Shown here: in pieces, positions 1-14,002 of the stretch
Layout: each line of letters opens with the position of its first letter
Numbering within the stretch: the stretch's first letter is position 1
Source of the DNA: Camelus dromedarius
Lineage: Eukaryota
Direction: 5' to 3'
DNA: 64,000 bases
Assembly (NCBI RefSeq): GCF_036321535.1
Contig: NC_087436.1
Span: forward strand, 57,724,001 to 57,788,000
Program-made: the position numbers and the translations under genes
Notes under the pieces: model-generated
What the model was told of the DNA's origin: nothing
Databases searched by the model: none
Seen by the model: the letters and a program-made list of their open reading frames with translations, nothing else

Positions 1-780
1 ACACTTATATGGCTTGGTGATAGTTGAATATAAAGTTATCCTTATGTGATGCCATTTAGAAAAATGTTCCTAAGTTACTAATCCAATAACATTTGCAATC
101 TCAATAGTTATAACATATTTAAACCTAACATGAATTCATTCTGATCCCAAAGACAGAATATCAAAGTGGCTAAGGACATAGCCCCTTTGGGCTTGAAACT
201 TATCTCTTCTGAGTTATATGGGCGTGGAAATTCAGTTAATTCTTTTGAGTCCTACTTTCATTCTTTAATGCAATCAGTGCATACCTTACAGTGTTTTATA
301 AGAACTAATTAGGGAAGAATGAGTCTCACCGTTGGGTGGAAGAGGCTTGCAAGGCCATGTAAGTAAGAGCTAGACCTGGAAAGGTGCATGTAGGAAATAA
401 ATAAGAAACTCATGGCTGGTTTCCATTCCGTTAAGAATTACAGGAAGAACCAGGAACCCTGAAAATTAAGTACAATGGGTGTATATTCTGGGAGTGTAAT
501 AAGTGTCAACTGGGCACCCAACTGATAAATCCAGTTTGCATCACAGAAGACTTAAGGGAAACAGACTGTTTCTGTATCTCCACTCACTAATCATATTTAG
601 GATTTGTGCAGGGCTAAGCTTGCAGGAAACAGCCCATCATGAGCCATGAAGGTGAGACTGGGGCACGCAGGCATCAACACTGTGTGAAGCAATACCATTT
701 CATGCACAAAATAGCAATCATTATGTTCAGCTTGGAAATGAGTGTAAAGTAACTGGCCCTATGAAGATTCCACCTCCACC

Positions 781-809
781 AAACAAAACAAAACAAAACA
801 AAACAAAAC
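781..809 (+). repeat. (AAAAC)n microsatellite
   Basis: aaacaaaacaaaacaaaacaaaacaaaac. Confidence 0.95.
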
Positions 810-929
810 CTCACTTTCATCTTACTCACTCGCAAGCATTTCCAACTCTCAAGTCAATTAAATCCTATAGACACCCCAGTTCGCACGCTTGTAACAGTAG
901 GAGTAGAGAGAGTATAATATAATGTCAAC

Positions 930-1170
930 AAGGAAGCAGTTAAGAGATCTGGCGTCAGACTTTCTGGATTAGAATCCCAATTCTCTCTGCTACTTACTAT
1001 CTGTATAATCTTCCACATTTTTTCCAACTTCTGTATTCTTCAACCAAATTCTTGGAATCAGAATACTATCTATGTATTGGAAACACTGCGAGGACTGAAT
1101 AAGATAATACATGAAAACGACTCGGTAGAGTATCTTGCACAGAGTCAGTGAATAACAAACTGTAGCTGCT
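930..1170 (+). mobile_element. MIR SINE
   Basis: gttaagag...gtcagac...gaatccca...ctacttacta...gaggactgaataagataatacatgaaa resembles the MIR consensus. Confidence 0.75.
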
Positions 1171-2771
1171 CCATTATCTGTGCATCCTCCAACAAGATTC
1201 CGTGCATGCTATGAGGTATGAATATGCATGTAACATGAACAATGTGTTATTCACATGTGTTATTTATCTTATGTCCGTTACTAAGTCTATCATATAGTAA
1301 GCACTAAATAAATATTTGTTTAAGGGCTAAATGAGTTTATTTTACCCTAAAATATGAATGTCAAAGACAAAAGCAAAGCACAGATGTTGCCTTTTATTGC
1401 TGTTTTCACCTGAGTTTCCATGTGAATCATTAGAGAAGAGACTGTTACAGTTTACTGCGCTGTAAATGTCTGTCTTTTTAAAACATATTGGCACGTTAGT
1501 GCAAATGCATAGCCACACCTTTGGGTACATACAGAAGCACCTTCACAATTAAGTTATGAAATATTCATAATATAATCATTTGCCAAACAGTGTAAATCTT
1601 ATTACAACAATGACTAAAAATAAATTATAGACACCAAAAAGGGAGGGTAGATAATGCAACTGAATTTCCTTTTATAGAGAATATCATAGATCCTTCTTTT
1701 AGACAAGGAAATTATGTTGAGTTTACTTAATTTGTATTAAACAATGTACAAAGGGCAGCCATTGCTGTAATAAACCTTGATAAACATTCAATTAGCATCA
1801 ATGGCTCAAAAAAGACTGCTTCTTCTATTTACTAATTTTGCAAGTTTTTAAGCCTATAAGAAAGATTTTTTTCAAATTTAAAAACAAGTGGGCTTTTCTG
1901 AAGAAAACTGAAGTTCATAACTATGGACTATTAGGTTTTGAAACATACCACAAAGTAGCACAAGGTTAGACACATTGAAACAGGCAAGGGGTGTGCATAT
2001 CTTCATGCTCTATGGCCATTTAGACAGTACCCATTTGAGTGTTTTACTGTTTAAGAAGATTTCTATTAGCATCTTATTTTTTATGTTTATTTTGAGAGAT
2101 AATAATAATAATGTATAAAATGATAATGGTTACTATTTATTTTTCTAACAAGTAAATGGAATTGTAATAAATGTTTCACATGGATAATCCCATTTAATAT
2201 CCACAGAATCACTCGATGATAAGCTCTTTTAAGACAGAATCCTATGTCTATTTTAATCATCAGTGTCCCCAGTAATCAGCACTGGGCTTGAACAGAGTAG
2301 ATACTCCATAAATACTTATTAATCAATCAGATGATCTTTCCTTTGAAGTATGTCCTTCCTAGAAAAGTACTGTCTTAGTCTGCTAATGTTTTAGTGTTAC
2401 TGAATGTACTACATTTGGTCAAATCTACCCTTGTTTGGCACGGTTATCTTAGCTTATGTAGACTACAGGGTTTCAGTGAGAAAACGCCTGAGAGATAACT
2501 TTATCTTGTGTAGGAAACTGTTGAAGGATGGAAATCTGGCCTAAAATGTCCAAGAAAGTTATGAAAAAAAGTACTGTAATGAAAGGAAAAGCCCATAGAA
2601 ATCTGATTCTGATCCATATAAATTAAAGGCTGGAAAATATGACCAGTAAAAGTATCTTAGAATGCATTGTCAGGATTTGTTAAAAAGCTCTTTTAAGATT
2701 ATGACATCAGTTAATAAAACATAAAGCAATGAAAGATAAGTAACCTCTAGAAGCCAAAAGTGCAAGGCTCA

Positions 2772-3038
<267 letters not shown>

Positions 3039-5799
3039 TCAAAAATGCTATTTCCTGCTCTTAAATATCATCATATGACATATGACAATACCCAACATGC
3101 TTTAGGGGACTCGCTGAGGACATCTGAGATAATGAGGAGTTATAAATACACCAACAGTCCCAGTAATACACTAATTGGAAAAATAATAGCACAGATAATT
3201 CTAGCATAATGTCTGTTCTAATATATCAATTACTGCACAAGTTAGAGTTTCTTATGGTTTCAATGGTTTTAATTAGATCTTATACTGCTTTTATTGAGAA
3301 AAAACTACAAGATTTTTAATGTGGTTAGAGGGGTTAAAGCTTTTATTTGAGGGAAAAAATCATGTATATGGCTTTGTTGTTGGCTTTGTTGTTTTCAAGT
3401 ATTCACAGCACATAAAACAATGTAATTTGCCTTTTTTGTCGGTGCTATCAATTTGCGTGGAAGATTTTGGCAGCCGCCTTTCCCTTAAAGTCTTGATGAT
3501 TCACTGCTCTTTGCTCTCCAAAATATGAGTTTAATTTTACATCTTCATGTAGTTCTTATCTCTTGAAGTATCCAAATCTGAGGACTACCAATTTTAAAAT
3601 TGCTGCCTATAAATCGCAATGGGATAAAAATGGGTGACTTGCAATTCAAAAATAAGGAGGAAAGAGAGATACGGTGCCCTGAATTAGCAGATAACTGCTC
3701 AAGAAGCAAAGCTGCAAAGAGAATGTTGTAATGCACACCCCAGGAAGATAAGTCATGCCTTAATCCTGATACCAGATCCATGAGCCTTTGCATGTGGCAG
3801 CTTATTCCACACGTGCAAGCTTTAAAAATGTAACAGAACTTTAGTCATATTCTTAGACTGTTTTGATTAACTGGATGGTTTAAAGCTGCCCCTGGTTACT
3901 TGTGCTGCTTTCCTGAGAATGGGATTTACTTCCTTGTATTGCATTTTGTTTGTAGCTTCTGAAGTCATCAACATACTGGCAAGTCTCCCTCACAAATAAA
4001 CAATTTAGGTGCTTCCTATTAAAACTCAAGTTTCTCTTTGAGCTCCCCCAAAGTGTTCAATTAAGAAAATAAAAATGTATATAATATATCTTAATAGAAG
4101 GGGATGTCACAATATAAACAAAAACAAGCTTTTTCCTTATTAAAATAATTTGAAAAAGACTGCTAATTGTTGGTTTCAACTGTAAAAGCACATTAAATTC
4201 ATACAATGATATGTCATTTTTAGTTCCATAAAAAGTCTAATTAGAACTTAGGTCCAATTAGCAAATTCAAACATGTTGAAAGTCTAATTATGAGAGACTT
4301 GCCAAATTTAAAACCTTACGAAATATCTTTTGAGCTTCTGTTCTCTTCTGAGGTCAACCAAAAGTCTATCCTCAATTACATTCCTTAATGTGCACTTTTT
4401 TCTAATTATTTCTTCAAGAATATTTTATTTTCCTAAACCAGATAATACTGGTGGAAAAAGAGATCTAAAACATAAAGTGAAGAGCTAAGTTTCCAATGCT
4501 TTATTCACCTTGTACAATTACATTACTTGATTCTAAATAAAATGAAAAGATTTTAGGACATTATCTCACTCATGATTAAAATGTCTATACTGCCAAAGTA
4601 CATACAGGGCTTTTTTTTTCCTCCCTTGGAGTTGGTTTTTAAGTTGGGTGAACCTACTGTGGGTTTGCTTAAATAAATGCCATCTGTTAGTGCAACTTGA
4701 CCATAGCATTTTGGTGTATCGACTAGTTTAACTATTTACTACTGGGATAACAACAAAACCTGCTGAGCAGTTTATTTCAACAATGCTCTGGACACATAGT
4801 TACAAATGTATAATTTCCAGCTTCCTCTTCACCATATCTTCCTTCAAACATAGTCAATGATTTATAAATTAAATTTAAATATAGTCAATGATTTAAAAAG
4901 TCTAAAGCATTCTACTGTTTGGGGATTTGAAATAACAATAATGTAAAAGAATTTAGAGTAGGTAGCTGCATCTTATCTTCTGATCTGGGTAATGACTTAA
5001 ACATTATTTGTTCTATGTATAATGTTTCTCCTCTAACTCTCTCTCTTTTTTTTTTCTTTTTACTCATACTGATTCTTCCAGTGGCTATGTCCCATGGCCA
5101 CTAACCCCATCCCTCCTTTTGGAGAATTGCTTTCTTTTTCCATCCCTAGACAAGTGTTCCAAATCATCCAATTTTTTTCATGATTCAGACTCTCTGGTTT
5201 AGCAATTGTTAATAGTTGGTCAATGACCCAGGCCAATCAAAGTCCTTCCTTGAGGTTTATTTTTAATATCAAGTGTGTGCATGGTGGGCAGGTAAATAAG
5301 TGGATATGAAGTACTCAATTTTTTAATGTTTGGCTAGATTCTCTCATACATATTACAGGAATACAATTTTCTCCTTTGCTTTATGATGTTTTTTCAACTT
5401 TCTGTTTTCTTTCTTTCTTCCTTTCTCTCTCTCTTTTTTTTTTTTTTTTTTTGCTATCTGACTCACAAGTCTTTTGATTATAGCACTTGGAAAGTCGAAA
5501 AGTCGCTCCTATTCTTATTAACAACAGTCTGGATTTTAAGATTGGTAACTTCTTTACTTAACCCAGGTATTCCTTCATATTTAACCATTCTGATACTTAA
5601 TGTTAGCTGGACATTAGCTGTGGTTACCAAAAACTAGAGATGGAATTTTGATGTGGAGAAACTTTAGAATACAGATTCTCTGGAAAACTAGAAACAAAGT
5701 ATATCCTCTCATCATATATCTACATAGAACATAACAAAGAAATTATTAAGAAATTAAAATAATACTCATGTCCTACATTGACTAGAACTATTTCTTTTA

Positions 5800-6380
5800 C
5801 ATTTTTGGAATACTCTCTCTGTGTCAGCCATGACACTGAGCTCTTCATACATGATCTCCTTTCAGCCTCAACATAACTTTTTTAAGAAGGTGCTGTTACC
5901 AATATTACTTTATAGAAATAGAAACTAAGGACTCAATTAAGGTTACATATCTACTAAGAGATGAAACTAGAATTTAAACTAGTGCTTTTTCAAGTCCAGA
6001 TTCAGTGTTGCTAATTGCAGTGCTGTTTTATAGTTTATGAACTCTTTTCATAAACATGATTTGATTTATTTAAGGTAGGTAAAGAAGATAGTATTCCTAT
6101 TTTTATAATCAAGGAAAATAAGCATCAGAAGTATTGTATGTACCTCAATATATTAGCGAGTGAATTCACATTTTGGCAATAAATCAAAAGGCAAATTCAT
6201 CATTATCATCATCATCTTATAATAATACTATAACATGTACATAGTGTACAGTATGTGCTAATAATATGAGAACTTTGCATATATTAATTAATTTATTTCT
6301 CAAAACCACCCAATGAGGATGATATGATTATTATCCCCATTTTATAGAAACAGAAACTGAGGATTGAGAGGTTCTGCTCC
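5800..6380 (-). mobile_element. Cluster of MIR fragments
   Basis: Repeated MIR cores such as attattatccccattttatag...gaaactgagg and tttatagaaatagaaactaaggactca. Confidence 0.7.
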
Positions 6381-6599
6381 TTCCACTGTGTTATCTTTTA
6401 TCCACTTCAGCAGTCAAGACGCATTGAGTAAAATTTTTTAAAAAGTTATATAAAAAAATTAGAAAAATCATGGGAACAAGAGATTCTCAAAACTCTGGAA
6501 ATCTCTACTTTGTGTGACCAACTTAGTAAAGATAAGTGTGGGACACAATTTCATTTATCTTAAGCCCTGTTTATGTTCCTCAAAATGTGTACCAAAGAT

Positions 6600-7095
6600 G
6601 AAAGAAGATGTGGTATGTATATATATGTATATATAATGGAATATTACTTGGCCACAAAAAGAATGAAATAATGCCATTTGCAGCAACATGAATGGACCTA
6701 GAGATGATCACACTAAGTAAGTCAGAGAAAGACAAATATCATATGACATCACTTATAACTGGAATCTAAAAAGATGATACAAATAAACTTATTTACAAAG
6801 CAGAAACAGATTCACAGATACAGAAAACAAACTTATGGTTACCAAAGGGGAAAGGGCGGAGGGATAAATTAGAAGCTTGTGATTAGCAGATACAAACTAC
6901 TATGTATAAAATAGGTAAATGACAAGGTCCTACTGTATAGCACAGGGAACTATATTCAATATCTTGTAATAACCTATAATAAGAAAATGAAAAAGAATAT
7001 GTATATGTATATATATATATAAAACTGAGTCACTATGCTGTATATCAGCAACTAACACTGTAAACCAACTACACCTCAATATAAAGGAAAAAAGA
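6600..7095 (+). mobile_element. L1 3' end (ORF2 terminus and 3'UTR), cetartiodactyl-type
   Basis: atgccatttgcagcaacatg, aaggtcctactgtatagcacagggaactatattcaatatcttgtaataacc, and an A-rich end. Confidence 0.9.
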
Positions 7096-9149
7096 AGTCA
7101 AAAGAATGGAAAATTCTAAACAATAAACAAAGATCAATAAGACAGAAAAAAATAGTGAGGAAATAAACGAGAGCACACACAGAGGAAATGTTGATTATCC
7201 ATATCGTTTTGAAGGATTACTCAAGTTTTAAGATTTCTTAATTTCTGTTCATATCCAATCATCTCCCCAAGGTTCTCTTCAAGCTACTCTGTTTGGTTGT
7301 AAAAGCTTCTTCCAATAATAAGCAGTAAAAATGAGTTAGGGTCCCATAGATCCAAACTGAATTTGTATCTACAGTGGGGCATAGTCCTGGCAGCATAGCA
7401 TGACTGACAGGCACAGAGTCTGATAAAAACTAGAAGAATTTCACTTCTGTTCAGGTGTGAGGCTTATCTAACAACTTTTCTGGTTTCATTGTTTGAAGTG
7501 TCTTTAACTTGACTTCTAGGTGGGGAAGGTTGTTTTTGTCTGGTTGTGTTTTTGGTTTTGTTTTAAACAATGAGGACAGAGACTAACAAAGATAATGCAC
7601 ACAAAATTTCCTAACACTATCATTCAGCTGAGCACTTTTTCTAAGTAAAAATAATAAAAATGGCCCCTGCAGCACATGAGATTTACAGAAAGTCACACTG
7701 CTGATGGCAAAATGAGATTCACTGTCTTCTGTGGTCTGGCAGTCTAGAGAAAATTTAGAAGGTATAAAAAAATAAAGACCAATTCAATTTCCTTTCAATT
7801 ACAGTATATCGATTTCCTATAGTATGTTCTGGATTGCCTAAAGTCATTTTAAAACCTTGAAAATGCTTAATGCCTTAATTATTTCCATCATTGGAACTTT
7901 AGCAATAATAATCTTGCAGCTTTCTGTTAAAATCAATTGTTTGCAAATACAACAAACCGGTTGATATATTTGCCTGAGCACAGTAACAGGCTCATAATAT
8001 TACGTGTACTGTCATTAGTAAATGACCAAGCTTTGGACACTTACTCTCTTTCCCTCAGTGTTTTCACTTTTCATTTGTCCATGGGCTTTAAAGGATGACA
8101 TTTGACTTGGGTTTTACATCACTATTTTTCAGGCAGTGTTACAATGTCGAAAAGAGCTGAACTGTTCAACTTTAATTTTACACTCAATAGTTCCTAAGCT
8201 TTAATAACAGGAGTCAAGAGAGCTCTTAGTTGAATACCAGACAGAATTCCGTACATGTATTAGATTGTATTCACATGGAACAGAAAGAAGCCTGGTGTAT
8301 TACCAAAGTTCCAGCTTCAGGACACACAATATCCACTGCACTGGGGGCTGTGTGCTCCCACGCGCTACATTTCCTTTATTTGCTTTCTCAGCCTTCAAAG
8401 GAAAAGAGGGCACAACAAAGGCATAGCAAAGTAGCTGAAAGCCAGCCATTTAGAAGTGCACAGCATTTATTTGGTAGATATTACTCCTGTAATGGGATAG
8501 AAAGTGTAAGAAAAACACACATATGGCAAGTTGACTCAGCTATATGTTTTATAGAGTTAAATTGGAATTTCTTTTTCTTTGACATGTATAGTAACACAGT
8601 ATGCCAGTAATCCTTCCAATAATAGTTTTCTTGATGGTATTTCCACCTGTAAAATAGGTTCAATTTGTTAGACTTGCTCCCTAGGGGATGACTATTTCTT
8701 CCTAAGATTCTATTCCTACAGCTTGGTCATTACCACGAAGTAGTAGTCGTTCTTTAGATTATGTGGAATAGCCTTAGCACTTGAGTTTCCGTCACGAGAA
8801 AATGACTTTGAAAAGTCGGAAAAAAAAATTAACCTGATTCTATAGCTTACGTCTCCCTGCATTCCTGCTGAAGACAAAAACTTCCGTACTATGTAACAAC
8901 GTACATGTACAAAAGACAAACTTGTTAACTGGTTTCCACAAAAGAAGAATATAAACATGAGAAGCTATATACATACGTAAACACATAAAAATATGCAAAT
9001 AGCTCAAAGGTGTTTTATGCAGACATAATAACCACCCTCAGTTATCAACCGGTATTTAACTGATTTAATGATATCCTACCATTATTACAAATTTTCCCTT
9101 CTTTTATAATTCTTGGTGTAACATTACTATTACATTATACTTAGAGAAA

Positions 9150-9380
9150 ATATAACATTGTGGTTAAGACCCAAAACTCTAGAACCAAACTATTTTTGTT
9201 CAAGTACCTGCTCTGAGAGTTGCTGGGTGTGGCCATTGAGCTGCAATTTCCTCTAAAATGGGAAGAGAAAAAAATGACTTCTTCCTAGGACTGGGGAGAC
9301 TATTAACTGATTTAATATATATTAAGTGTATAGAAAGGTTCTTGGCACATAAAGACTAAAGAAGTGTTGGTTATTATTAT
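9150..9380 (+). mobile_element. MIR SINE
   Basis: gtggttaagacccaaaactctagaaccaaac...ttggcacat...tattattatt. Confidence 0.7.
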
Positions 9381-10299
9381 TCCTATATAATCAGCATTTT
9401 TTTTTCCTTGCTCACCAGCCTCATTATTCAGAGTCACTTACTCATTTCAGTGATGAAGCATACTTCTGAAGCTGGGATTCTCAACTTTGATGGCAGATTA
9501 GAATGTCCTGAAAATTTACAAAATTTTGATGCCCAACCTAAGCCCAGAACAATTAAATTAGAAACTCCACTGTTCTAAACCTTGCCCTAATATCCAGGGA
9601 ATGCAGTCTCATAGAATAGCTACTTAACCTTATTGACTAAAGGCATTCTTTTTACTGGCTTCTTTTGCAAAGCTAACTAGGGGTATTTTCTCAAATAAAC
9701 AAGCTCTTTTATTTTTCTTGTTTTAAATACAATAGGAGGCTATAAACTCTGTGAAGCTGAAAGACGCCTTCCTGTCTACTGTTGTACCCTAGCCCTCAGC
9801 ACAGCACTGGTGTACTGGTACATGATCGGACCTAATAGATATCTGATAAATGAACGTATACATTAAAATTCCTGCTGTCCTCTTCATCCTTCTATCTTTT
9901 TGGCTTTCCAGTTTAAGCTGAATAAGACCCAAAATATTCACAATCTGATATTATGTCCTACTATCATATTGTACCCCGGGTAATTTTTGTGATTCTTCAG
10001 GATGGTTCCTTTCACTAAAATCCAATTTGCTTTCCTTTTCTTTCTGATCAGAATTTTTTTCCTAATAATATTTTAGCATTTAATGATTATAATCTAATAA
10101 GAGCTGCTGGATTTCTTCTCTTTCATCCTGTCCTACTTTGATATATTTTAAAGGGGATCTTCATTTTAAAATCACATTAGAATTCTCAGTCTTTCCTATT
10201 TTCTCCATTAAAACCACTGAAGATCAAGGGTACCATCTTAATCCCAGTGCCTATTACAATAGTGTTTTATACAAGTAAAATAATTATTTTTTACAAAAC

Positions 10300-11405
10300 T
10301 TCAAGGTTTAATGTAAAGCATCTCTATTGCACTTTAGATCTCTGCTCCCAAGCAACCTAAAATCCCAAGCCCAGACGTCTCCTTATAATCTACTGTCTCT
10401 TCAACATCTCTGCTTAGATATCTGAAATGCACTTCAAATATCTATAGGATGAAGCTCATAATCTACCCTCATCACCCATCTAGTTCCACTGGTCATAAAT
10501 TAGTAAGTCAGTCTTACTATTTTTCATATTTAACCCATTGCCAGTCTGCCAATTTCACCTCCTAAAAAAAAAAAAATCTCTTGAATCCATTTCACTCCAT
10601 CTCTTTGGCATCATCCTAGTTCAAGCTAACTCCATAGCTTCTCTTCTACAATCTTTACTCTACAAATATAAACATAAATTTAGACACGACACCCTCTGCT
10701 TAAAATCTTTCCATCGTTTTCTACTATTCTCAAGATAAGGACCAAACTTCTAATGTTGTCAGACAAGACCTATGTGATTTGTCATATTTTACAGTCACAG
10801 TGTCAGGTCACACCACATTTCTTCCTTCAGTTTGTTGGGTTAGACATAATCCTCCTGGCTTAAGGATTTAAACTGTGTTTCTGAAGCACTTGGGGAGTTT
10901 AAAAAGTCCCCAGTGCCGAAGTCACATGCCATGCCAGTTAGATCGGAATTTCTGGGCATGTGGTCCAGGTATCAGTATTCTTTAAAGTTTCCAAAATGAT
11001 TCCAAAGTTCAGCCAAATTTGAGAACCAGTGGTTTTGAATATACAATCTTCCTTGATTGGAAGAATCTTAGGAACATGCCATTCTTCAATGAATTGCTGA
11101 ATTCATTCTTGTTCATCCTTTCAATCTCAATGTAAACATCTATAAGCATAGAGTAAAACCTCCGTGACCACCTGAGCCAGCCCCAGGCTAGCTCATGTCA
11201 CTCCAATACAGCATCATGTCCTTCTCTCTATAGTAACATCACAGTTAAATTTTTAATCTGTATTTTATATTACTAACATTTATTATACCAGTAATCTGTA
11301 AGTTTCTATGGGGTCAGGAAAAATTGCTGTTTTGTCTCCCCCACTTTATTAAATACATGATTCCTGGCAAAAAGTGAGGCTTCAATTTTTATTGAGTACT
11401 AAATA
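10300..11405 (+). mobile_element. L2 LINE 3' region, interrupted by MER5A
   Basis: catctctgcttagatatctgaaatgcacttcaaa, ccctctgcttaaaatctttcca, and ctgtaagtttctatggggtcagg match the L2 3' region. Confidence 0.75.
10865..11032. mobile_element. MER5A-like hAT-Charlie DNA transposon
   Basis: gtattctttaaagtttccaaaatgattccaaagttcagccaaatttgagaaccagtg. Confidence 0.75.
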
Positions 11406-11798
11406 AACTTGTTTCTTGTTTAAACAAGAAACTTAATACACCTTGCAGTGGCTGTTGATTGTTTCTTAAGGAATGTCTTAAATGAGGATGTCAATAATAT
11501 AGCCAAGACACTGTGCTGCCAGCTAATAGTTGAGTTTTTTTAAAATTTTGGAATAAGGATTTATAACCCCCATTCTTCCTAGGTGCAGCTGGGTGAGTTC
11601 TGCATAATAAAGATCAAGGGATGCTTTTCAAAAGGCTTCCATATGAGGAACAATGATCTTACCTAACTCTGAGGAGAATATACTAAGTTGTCATGTTAGA
11701 ACCATAATTTGAACAATTAAATAACAACGACAGCAGCAGCAATAATAAGAGTAACACGTAACCTCTGATACATGCTGCTTATAGTCCAGGCCTCACTT

Positions 11799-12532
11799 TG
11801 AGGCATGTGCTCTATCTCACTAGACGGAGAACCACAAAACATCCACTAAGTAGAAACTGGTGAGACTTTTGAGGATCAAACATTACCCATCTAGGAGAAA
11901 GATTTCTCAAGAATTCATTCTCTTGAGAAGTCCAGCCCCTGGCCAAAAACCTATGTATGATTTTTTTAGGCCTGACTAGAAGCAATTACAAAGGTTTTAT
12001 CCAACAGTCCTGTTGAAGGGATTTGCAGTCGAGAACTCAGGCCCCTTTGGCTGGTCACACTTTTATGTAATATCTGCATTCTTAGCCCAGGAGCCTCCAT
12101 TCAGAGGCCTCTCTATCGAAGCCCTGAACTGAGGGCTCCCCAGTAGTCTCCACCAAGAACATCCTGTTCTGGGAAAACAGAAGAAGACACTTTATTTCAT
12201 TCTAACTTAGTACTTTTCCATTCCTAGCCCTTCCTTTCTTCCTCCCCCTCGTCCCCAACTCAGGTCCATAAAACTGCAGGAGCCTTTGTTCGGGGTTCGT
12301 CCAGCAGTGACCCAATCCCCCCAACTCCACCTGTGCTGATGCACCTGACCTTTGCCTGGTACCATACCGTAGGGAAAAATCAAACACTGGGGAAGCCAGG
12401 ATTTTCTTTATGGACTTGCTCTTCCTATGGCAGTGGCGAATAAAGGCTTAATTCTTACTTTCATTTTGAATTGTCTTAATTGAAGACTCCCACACCTTGG
12501 CAGTGCAGTGTTCCTCGGCTCAGCTCTTGACA
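11799..12532 (+). mobile_element. Old solo ERV LTR (family uncertain)
   Basis: TG...CA ends, TATA-like ccataaaa near 12266, AATAAA near 12439, and a U5-like end ctcagctcttgaca. No clear TSD. Confidence 0.6.
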
Positions 12533-12559
12533 TCTCTCATTTTATAATGGTGTCTTTAC

Positions 12560-12775
12560 AGAAGACTTCCTGTGAGGCAGGCATTGTGCCAAGACTTGGA
12601 TATTTTTTGATACTTTTTTGCAGTAATCTTATCAGGTAGGTACTAAAATTATCCTAATTTTAAGAGATGAGAAAATTGAGATTAGAGAGCTTAACTGACC
12701 TGCTCTAGGTTACTTAGCTAGAAAGTGAAACAGCCAAGATTTAAACCCAGATGGTTTAGTCCCAGAAACCACTAG
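12560..12775 (-). mobile_element. MIR SINE
   Basis: gtgaggcaggcattgtgccaag...attttaagagatgagaaaattgag...gatttaaacccag. Confidence 0.75.
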
Positions 12776-14002
12776 GTCTTTCTGCTCTTAATCAATAAGA
12801 TTCTTTTCAGAGGAGAATAAAGCAAGGGGCATATAAATAGTCCTAATGGTTTTTGAGTGCTCATTTCCCAAGTTTAGCTCTATTTGTGTTCTGAAGTCCT
12901 TGAGAAACTAAAATTTCCTTATAGTAAATCTCCCTTTTTTGTTTCAACTATCAAGTTGGGCTTCTGTCACATGACCAAAAGATTTCTAGCTGATATACAT
13001 GGACATTGTGCTAGATTTTGGAAATCCATTCTCTAAATAAGTCAATGTAAGAAAAGAAAGATACAGAGTGACTAAACAGTAAAGAACATTGGACTGAGTG
13101 TTTTTGAAGTCCTAGGTTTTATTTCAAGTCAGAATCAAACTTTTTGAATCTTAGTGTCTTCACCTGAAAATGAAATGGTTTCCTAATGTAAATGAATCCC
13201 AAACTACTTTCTCACAACTCACAGTTTATTAGTCCTTGGGTCTATTTTGTGGACAGTTCCTTATAATATGAGCAAATCAATTTAACATTATATATAAAGC
13301 CAATAAGGATTATTGATACTGATAAAGGGGAGACTCAAGGAATCATTTATATCCCCCTATTAAACTGCAAGTCCCACAAAGACAAAGATCTTAGCCTGTT
13401 TTATTTACCGATGCATACCAAGCACCTATATGATTCACACACATAAATATTTGTTGAATGAATGATCTTATTTTCCTCAAAGAACAAATTAAATCTCAGT
13501 GCCCAGAGGATTTTGTGGCATGCAGGTTTTATCTCAAGGTGAGGGATACATCAGCTATCTCATAAAATCCTGTCTAGCTTTGTGATTCTACAGTTGTTTA
13601 ATATGACTGGATATATACCCAGTGTCATTCCTGTGATGGACAAGAGAGGATTTCTCATTCAAATTTTCCGAATAACTCTCACTATAAGCAGTACAATCAG
13701 CCATTACAATCAGTTAATGTGATGCTAATGCTGGCACGACACTTTTGTCTAGGTCACTGTGTAATTTTTCCTTCCAGGCTCCCTCTTTATCAGATCTGTG
13801 CTTATGCTCAAAATGAGGATGGAGTGCTTGGGCTTCGTGGGTTACTGTGAATTATCAGATGATTGACTATGCCTCTAAGCATTCTTACTAGCTTTGAATA
13901 CAATTTTTATTTCATTGCAGAATATTGCAAACATTTAAGCAATTGAGTCTTCCATAAATCAGGCATGTTTTAAAATGATAGCATACTTCAAAAAAGAGTT
14001 GC

